This document shows positions 58,964 through 64,000 of a DNA stretch of 64,000 nucleotides, one piece after another. The DNA is taken from IMG/VR virus record IMGVR_UViG_3300006128_000010; one strand, 5' to 3'. The notes beneath the pieces are model-generated. The model worked only from the letters and a program-made list of their open reading frames with translations, had not been told where the DNA came from and ran no database searches. The first letter of the stretch is position 1, and the number at the start of each line of letters is the position of its first letter. The translations under genes were made by a program, and so were the position numbers. This DNA comes from an uncultured virus (IMG/VR IMGVR_UViG_3300006128_000010). Lineage: Duplodnaviria; Heunggongvirae; Uroviricota; Caudoviricetes.

Positions 58964-60156
58964 TATTTCATTACATCCTGTCTATCAATTTGACTCATTG
59001 GACTCATGCTGCCGTCTGTTTTTGGTTCTTGGCCTGCATGCGGATCCTTATCAAATTCTTGACGATCAGCCGCTGTTAACGGACTTGCTACACCATCTTC
59101 ATTTGGTATGTCGCTTTCGCCTAGGAATTTTACATAATCATTTACGATTCTATTGTAACGTTCCATTGATTCTTCAACCATTGGATTGTCGCCCATCATG
59201 CCCTTGACCATTTTCTGTGCAGGGGTAGGTATCTTATACATGTAAGTTTCTGGATCTACTTCTTTACCCTCATCGTCGACTTCACAGTGTCCGTGATCAT
59301 ATTCAGCATGTTCTTCCATCGTAACACCGTCATGTCCTAATAATGGACCCGATGTTTGTGTAGTCATTGGGCATTCGCACATTGATTCTGGCATATGACA
59401 TACTTCACATGTTCCGCTGTCGTCTGCTACAAAGTGGTCAGCATCAACTTCTGGTTGATCAACTGCTTGTGCAACCGGTCCGTCCATGTCAGGAGCAGGT
59501 GCACCATCCATATCAGGTGCAACTGGAGCTACATCCACAGGTACTGCTTGAATTGGAGCATCATGTGGCATAACAGGAGCAGGTTGACCAGATAGTTGCA
59601 TTAATCTAGCAACAAACTCGTCAGCTTCCGGACCGTCGAGTGTGATGTTTATACCTTCATCAAGTTCGTCGCCTTCGTAAATACCTTCACCCATGCCTGG
59701 GAAACTGGTACCAGCGGAATCAGCTTTTGGTGCAGATTTTGCTTTTGGTGCATCTTCCTTGACATCGTCCTCTTCTAAATCCTCTTCGTCGTCGTGTTCG
59801 CGATCTTCTTCCTCATCACGATCTAAATCTTCTGGTTCCATCCACTTATAACGACCTTTTTCGTCATAGTACTTTGGATCTTTTGGAAATCCGCTAGCTT
59901 CTAAATCGTCATCGTCTTCGTCACCGTCCTCAACAGACTCATCGAAATCTTCTTCTTCGTCGCTGTCGTACTTGCGTTCTTTATGCTTTAGGTCAGCATC
60001 TGGATCCTCGTCATCATGTTCTGGATCATGCGGAACACCGTCTAGGTCATGATCAAAATCTTGTTGAGCTTTTGTACGCTTCCATTCTTTACCATCTTCT
60101 AGCATAGACTCGTTGATAATATCAAGTGACTTTCTTATTAGATCTTTATTTTCCAT
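58963..60156 (-). CDS. very acidic low-complexity protein, probably head-associated
   Basis: D/E-rich; IINES start, RLMQLSG motif. Confidence 0.6.
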   Translation of the reverse strand: MENKDLIRKSLDIINESMLEDGKEWKRTKAQQDFDHDLDGVPHDPEHDDEDPDADLKHKERKYDSDEEEDFDESVEDGDEDDDDLEASGFPKDPKYYDEKGRYKWMEPEDLDRDEEEDREHDDEEDLEEDDVKEDAPKAKSAPKADSAGTSFPGMGEGIYEGDELDEGINITLDGPEADEFVARLMQLSGQPAPVMPHDAPIQAVPVDVAPVAPDMDGAPAPDMDGPVAQAVDQPEVDADHFVADDSGTCEVCHMPESMCECPMTTQTSGPLLGHDGVTMEEHAEYDHGHCEVDDEGKEVDPETYMYKIPTPAQKMVKGMMGDNPMVEESMERYNRIVNDYVKFLGESDIPNEDGVASPLTAADRQEFDKDPHAGQEPKTDGSMSPMSQIDRQDVMK

Positions 60157-60160
60157 GGTA

Positions 60161-60967
60161 TTACCTCACTTTCTCGGCTTTTAGACTAGCTCTTGGAGCC
60201 GAGACTGACTCACGCTTGCCTTTACTGTCTTTCATTAATTTAATTTTCTGTGCTGCACCATCATCAAAATTACCATGATGTCCTAGGTTTATGGGATCAA
60301 CTGGTGGTACATCTTTACCTGCGCCTTTGTTAACAGGCTTAGGTGTATCAAATCTTTCATTGAAGTCATGTGATTCAACTGCTTGTTCATCCATGACCTT
60401 GTCCATGTCAATCCAACTGAATAATGGAGCAGGTGCTTCGTAATGATCTGTTTGTCTATCATCAGCAACTGATCTTAGGTAATCTAACAATTTCTTATTG
60501 TAGTCATTACCAAATACGTCAGTTAGAATTGGTTCTTCTGCATCATTATAAAATCTGTCTGTGCTTAATCTAGCAGCAGGCATCAATGACTTATCAGCAG
60601 CCATATCATCCATATCATGTTCAAATGCAGTGTCATTTGATTCTAGTTCTACGGGTTCGTTAGCACCTCTGACAACTATATAATCTTCTGGTATGTTAAG
60701 CACAGCTTTTAATTGCTGCATTATAATGTATGGGCTAAGTGGCATACCAGTAACTGCTCTAATCTGCCAAATATTCTTATTAGGTATATCATAAAAGTCC
60801 ATCTTGTCATGTTCAACATGTTCTGGTTTGCTGATGCTGATCAAATCATGTTTCTTTAAGAATGATTCAACTGTGTCAAACTGATCGTCAGTTGGCTGCA
60901 TAGCAAACTTTATAGCATAGACATTTTCTTTAACAGACTCTTCTAGATATTGTATAAAACTCTTCAT
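60161..60967 (-). CDS. putative head protein
   Basis: MKSFIQYLEES start resembling a T4 capsid-targeting sequence. Confidence 0.65.
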   Translation of the reverse strand: MKSFIQYLEESVKENVYAIKFAMQPTDDQFDTVESFLKKHDLISISKPEHVEHDKMDFYDIPNKNIWQIRAVTGMPLSPYIIMQQLKAVLNIPEDYIVVRGANEPVELESNDTAFEHDMDDMAADKSLMPAARLSTDRFYNDAEEPILTDVFGNDYNKKLLDYLRSVADDRQTDHYEAPAPLFSWIDMDKVMDEQAVESHDFNERFDTPKPVNKGAGKDVPPVDPINLGHHGNFDDGAAQKIKLMKDSKGKRESVSAPRASLKAEKVR

Positions 60968-61031
60968 GGATTTAGACTCCGAATGCTTTGTTATTTATGT
61001 CAATACCAATGAGAATTACCAACAACTGTTA

Positions 61032-61535
61032 TCACTTGTCGTCTTGGTCAATACCTTTAAGCTGTTTAAGCAGCTCATTACGATCCAATTTTACAGCAGT
61101 TCCTTCTACAGCATCACTGTCACGATATTGCTTGTCTATCTTTAACTTATCTAACTGTAGCTTTAATAATCGTAACTTCTTATCTACCTTGCTGTTCTTG
61201 GCATCTACTGCTATTTTAAGCATTTGACTACTGCTGCTGAAGATTTCACCGGCATGACGTATCTCAACATTCATACCAAGGTCCTGCAGTGTTTTATGTG
61301 CATCTATTGCTAGTTCTGCAAGGTCATCCATTTCCTTATCATGAGTATCATAATGATTCATCTTGCTAAATTGTTTTTCTAAGTCTTTAGCTTGCGTAAG
61401 TGCAGACATTAAATCTTCTGGGCTAGGAGTTTCTTCAACTTCAGTTTCTATGTTAGAATCATCATCAGTGTCATTATCGCTTGCAACACTGTCTAAATTA
61501 AATGTATCCTCTAACTGTTTGAATCTCTTACTCAT
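61032..61535 (-). CDS. possible terminase small subunit
   Basis: helical coiled coil ending DRNELLKQL; near terminase large subunit. Confidence 0.45.
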   Translation of the reverse strand: MSKRFKQLEDTFNLDSVASDNDTDDDSNIETEVEETPSPEDLMSALTQAKDLEKQFSKMNHYDTHDKEMDDLAELAIDAHKTLQDLGMNVEIRHAGEIFSSSSQMLKIAVDAKNSKVDKKLRLLKLQLDKLKIDKQYRDSDAVEGTAVKLDRNELLKQLKGIDQDDK

Positions 61536-61978
61536 TTTTTACCTTTTTGATAAAATAAAGAATCTTCAGTAATGAGCCTAAAAGTTACCCCGTTTTTCTT
61601 ACACCAAGTCATAGCGGCTGCCCATTTAGCCGTATTAACTATTAAAAATGCTTTATCTCTTTTACTCTTTGCATTTTCAGCAAGTGCTTCTTTTTTGGGT
61701 TTTACTTCTACAAGTTCGGCATGTTGTTTACCGTTCTTATCTTTATATAGCACTAAAAAGTCGGGTACATATTGACTTCTTTTACCAGATAGTGGATTTA
61801 CATAGGGTATTTTGATACTTTCACTAGCCCACTGTATAACACTAGGATGGTTATCAAGAAAGGTCATCATCGCAAGTTCCCATGAACTTCTCCAGGTTGG
61901 AGAAGCATTTCCAATAAGTTTATTTGGATTTTTTGGTACAAATGTTCCCTGGCTATATTTTGTTGTTTTTTGATTCAT
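61532..61978 (-). CDS. head completion nuclease (gp4/TnsA-like)
   Basis: RSSWE, WASE, Y.PDF, VEVKP, N.AKW.AA, LITE. Confidence 0.9.
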   Translation of the reverse strand: MNQKTTKYSQGTFVPKNPNKLIGNASPTWRSSWELAMMTFLDNHPSVIQWASESIKIPYVNPLSGKRSQYVPDFLVLYKDKNGKQHAELVEVKPKKEALAENAKSKRDKAFLIVNTAKWAAAMTWCKKNGVTFRLITEDSLFYQKGKK

Positions 61979-61987
61979 TGTTAATTT

Positions 61988-62473
61988 TCACTTTAAAGAT
62001 GATTGTAATGCAGCGGCTATATTTCCGTGTAGTGTGGGATTGTTAACCCATGGTTGTGTAGTATTAAGGCTTTGATAACCGAACTGTACGCTATCATTTA
62101 AGAATGTGTTTATAGTTGCAAGAAAATTTGATTGTAACTGACCATTTTTAAATAATGATTGTACACTTACACCTGTTTGACTGACATAATAAGTAGCTAA
62201 ACTACTAAGACTCTCTACTAACTCGGGTGGTACTGTTTGTCCACCGAATACACCTTTTGCATAGTTGTATACTTCTGCTTTAAGTCCTGATTGATAAGTT
62301 GATGGAACATTAGAAAGTACATAATTACTTGCATTAGCACTACCCGGAAGAGTTGTATTATTTGTAGTGTCAACAAAACTATATGAACCATTTGTGCTGG
62401 AAATATTTAATTGTCCTGCATTGAGAGCTAATTGTTTTTTAATATTATTAATTACAATATCGTTTGATGCCAT
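61988..62473 (-). CDS. hypothetical virion protein
   Basis: coupled ORF in tail cluster. Confidence 0.65.
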   Translation of the reverse strand: MASNDIVINNIKKQLALNAGQLNISSTNGSYSFVDTTNNTTLPGSANASNYVLSNVPSTYQSGLKAEVYNYAKGVFGGQTVPPELVESLSSLATYYVSQTGVSVQSLFKNGQLQSNFLATINTFLNDSVQFGYQSLNTTQPWVNNPTLHGNIAAALQSSLK

Positions 62474-63561
62474 TATAATCTTCCAAAGTTAAATGATCCA
62501 TACGGACTTAAGGTTGAACTAGCAGAGGTATTATAAGAGTTTATAAATGAATATCCTGTACCAAGATAGTTACTGGGAATAGATGGATTTGTTGTTAAAC
62601 CAAATAGTGTATTTGCAGCTTGAACACCTTGTGTTGTTTGCCCGACAATTTTACCAGCAGTAGGGGAAATTATTCCCAGAGGAGAATTATTAAACAAATT
62701 TAATGTGGTATTAGCGATCTGAAAAGCAGAATTAATACTAGACGCTAAATCTGTTGGTAATAAAGTGGATTGTAAACCGCCTAAAGTGCTATATATAGAG
62801 CTAGTAATGTCCTGATTAGGAACCGGAACACCCGGTACTTCTGTAGCTGCCTCAATATCAAATCCAAACTGAGCTAGTTGTATTGCCGTAATTGGGGTAC
62901 TTGGTAGATATTCAATAGCTTCATATGATAATGTCATTTGTAAATCAGCCATTTCACTTGAACTAGAATCATATTGTTGCCAATCAACTCTGGTAATTTT
63001 TGGGTTGATATAATTTATCTGAGTATAGTATCCGCCATATATAGCATAAACTTCAACTCTATCAAAAAAGTTATAGTGTTCATCTCTAGGATTTAATCCC
63101 CAGCCTGTATCGTATGCAAAGTTTGGATCTGTAACCATTTGATTATAAACAGTTGTTGCACCAGTGGCACTGGTACCTTTTGTTCTACTATCCCCAAAAT
63201 AGAATGTAAAATATCTTCGCCACATTTCTAATGGTATGTTATCAACTGTGTCGTAAAGTCGAATAGTAAATGGGTGATAATTTATTTTTGTATATGCGTA
63301 TCTTTTTCTATTGTACTGGTTTAATTCTTGTACATTCAGCTCAATTTGTGGTTTATCAACCGTATGTATTTTAAAACTAACCCCCGTTTCCCAACTACCC
63401 AATCTATAATAATCTGGATATCTATTCAATGCTGCCTGACTAGCTACAAAATTAGCATAGAACATGTATTTGTATCTGGGAATGGCTCCAAATACAGTTG
63501 CAGGTCCGCCTCTTGCTTTAAAGAATGTGGATGCTAATGGTTTTTGACGTACGTATTGCAT
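62473..63561 (-). CDS. tail-tube-fold baseplate protein (gp48/gp54-like)
   Basis: VDKP...NQYNRKR...Y.P..I..YD, NP.IT, L.MTL.YE. Confidence 0.7.
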   Translation of the reverse strand: MQYVRQKPLASTFFKARGGPATVFGAIPRYKYMFYANFVASQAALNRYPDYYRLGSWETGVSFKIHTVDKPQIELNVQELNQYNRKRYAYTKINYHPFTIRLYDTVDNIPLEMWRRYFTFYFGDSRTKGTSATGATTVYNQMVTDPNFAYDTGWGLNPRDEHYNFFDRVEVYAIYGGYYTQINYINPKITRVDWQQYDSSSSEMADLQMTLSYEAIEYLPSTPITAIQLAQFGFDIEAATEVPGVPVPNQDITSSIYSTLGGLQSTLLPTDLASSINSAFQIANTTLNLFNNSPLGIISPTAGKIVGQTTQGVQAANTLFGLTTNPSIPSNYLGTGYSFINSYNTSASSTLSPYGSFNFGRL

Positions 63562-63575
63562 ACTGATATTTAGTC

Positions 63576-63609
63576 AAAAAATAAGGCTACTTTTTGCAGT
63601 AGCCTTATT
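63576..63609 (-). terminator. intrinsic terminator after tail tube gene
   Basis: AATAAGGCTAC/GTAGCCTTATT followed by T-run on minus strand. Confidence 0.75.
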
Positions 63610-63629
63610 GTATTCATTATATTACGCTA

Positions 63630-64000
63630 TTAGCCGGCGAACGGACCAAAACCAGTAATTGGTTGAACCTGTGGCATAATTGTATTGTCCTGTGTTGCAT
63701 TGTCATAACGAACAGTTAATGTGATAGCAACCGGGTCGCTACTAGTGTAGTCCTGACCGTCATATGCAACTGTTTCTAAGTAGCAACCTTCCAAATACCA
63801 GTTTTCTAATACTCCTGTATTTCCGCCGTCTAGTACTTCAATAACTGTAGTAAACTTAAAGTTAATACCAGCAGTGGCACTGGTTTGATCGAAGTGGTTC
63901 ATTTGCTTTTGAACTTGTGCGCCAACTAAACTACTAACACTGTTAGTAACATCGTCGCGTACTTTAATTTCAATGTTATTCCAAGTTGGTTTTTGTGGAA
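63630..64000 (-). CDS. tail tube protein (gp19-like), partial
   Basis: KPTW..I....RDD, ENWYLEGC, YD..DY, TVRYDNA; start outside window. Confidence 0.85.
   Translation of the reverse strand, partial: PQKPTWNNIEIKVRDDVTNSVSSLVGAQVQKQMNHFDQTSATAGINFKFTTVIEVLDGGNTGVLENWYLEGCYLETVAYDGQDYTSSDPVAITLTVRYDNATQDNTIMPQVQPITGFGPFAG

Overview
AT-rich 64 kb segment of a large, distantly T4-like myophage. Most genes are on the minus strand. The likely host is an alphaproteobacterium, judging from a permuted two-piece tmRNA, a Usg-family gene and a rhizobial-type secreted NlpC/P60 protein. In order, the window holds: small early-promoter gene cassettes; tilS and a Nudix gene; type II topoisomerase (gp39/gp52-like); an ncRNA island (tmRNA plus two unassigned structured RNAs); agmatinase; cell-wall hydrolases; a class Ia ribonucleotide reductase whose nrdA is broken into two genes by a split intein with an HNH endonuclease between them; virion and head proteins; helicase and primase; a 200-aa minimal DnaE-like polymerase; UvsW, UvsY, UvsX and gp32; terminase; head completion nuclease; and baseplate and tail tube genes. 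Five free-standing homing endonucleases sit within or next to core genes. All calls come from motif recognition by eye; no searches were run.
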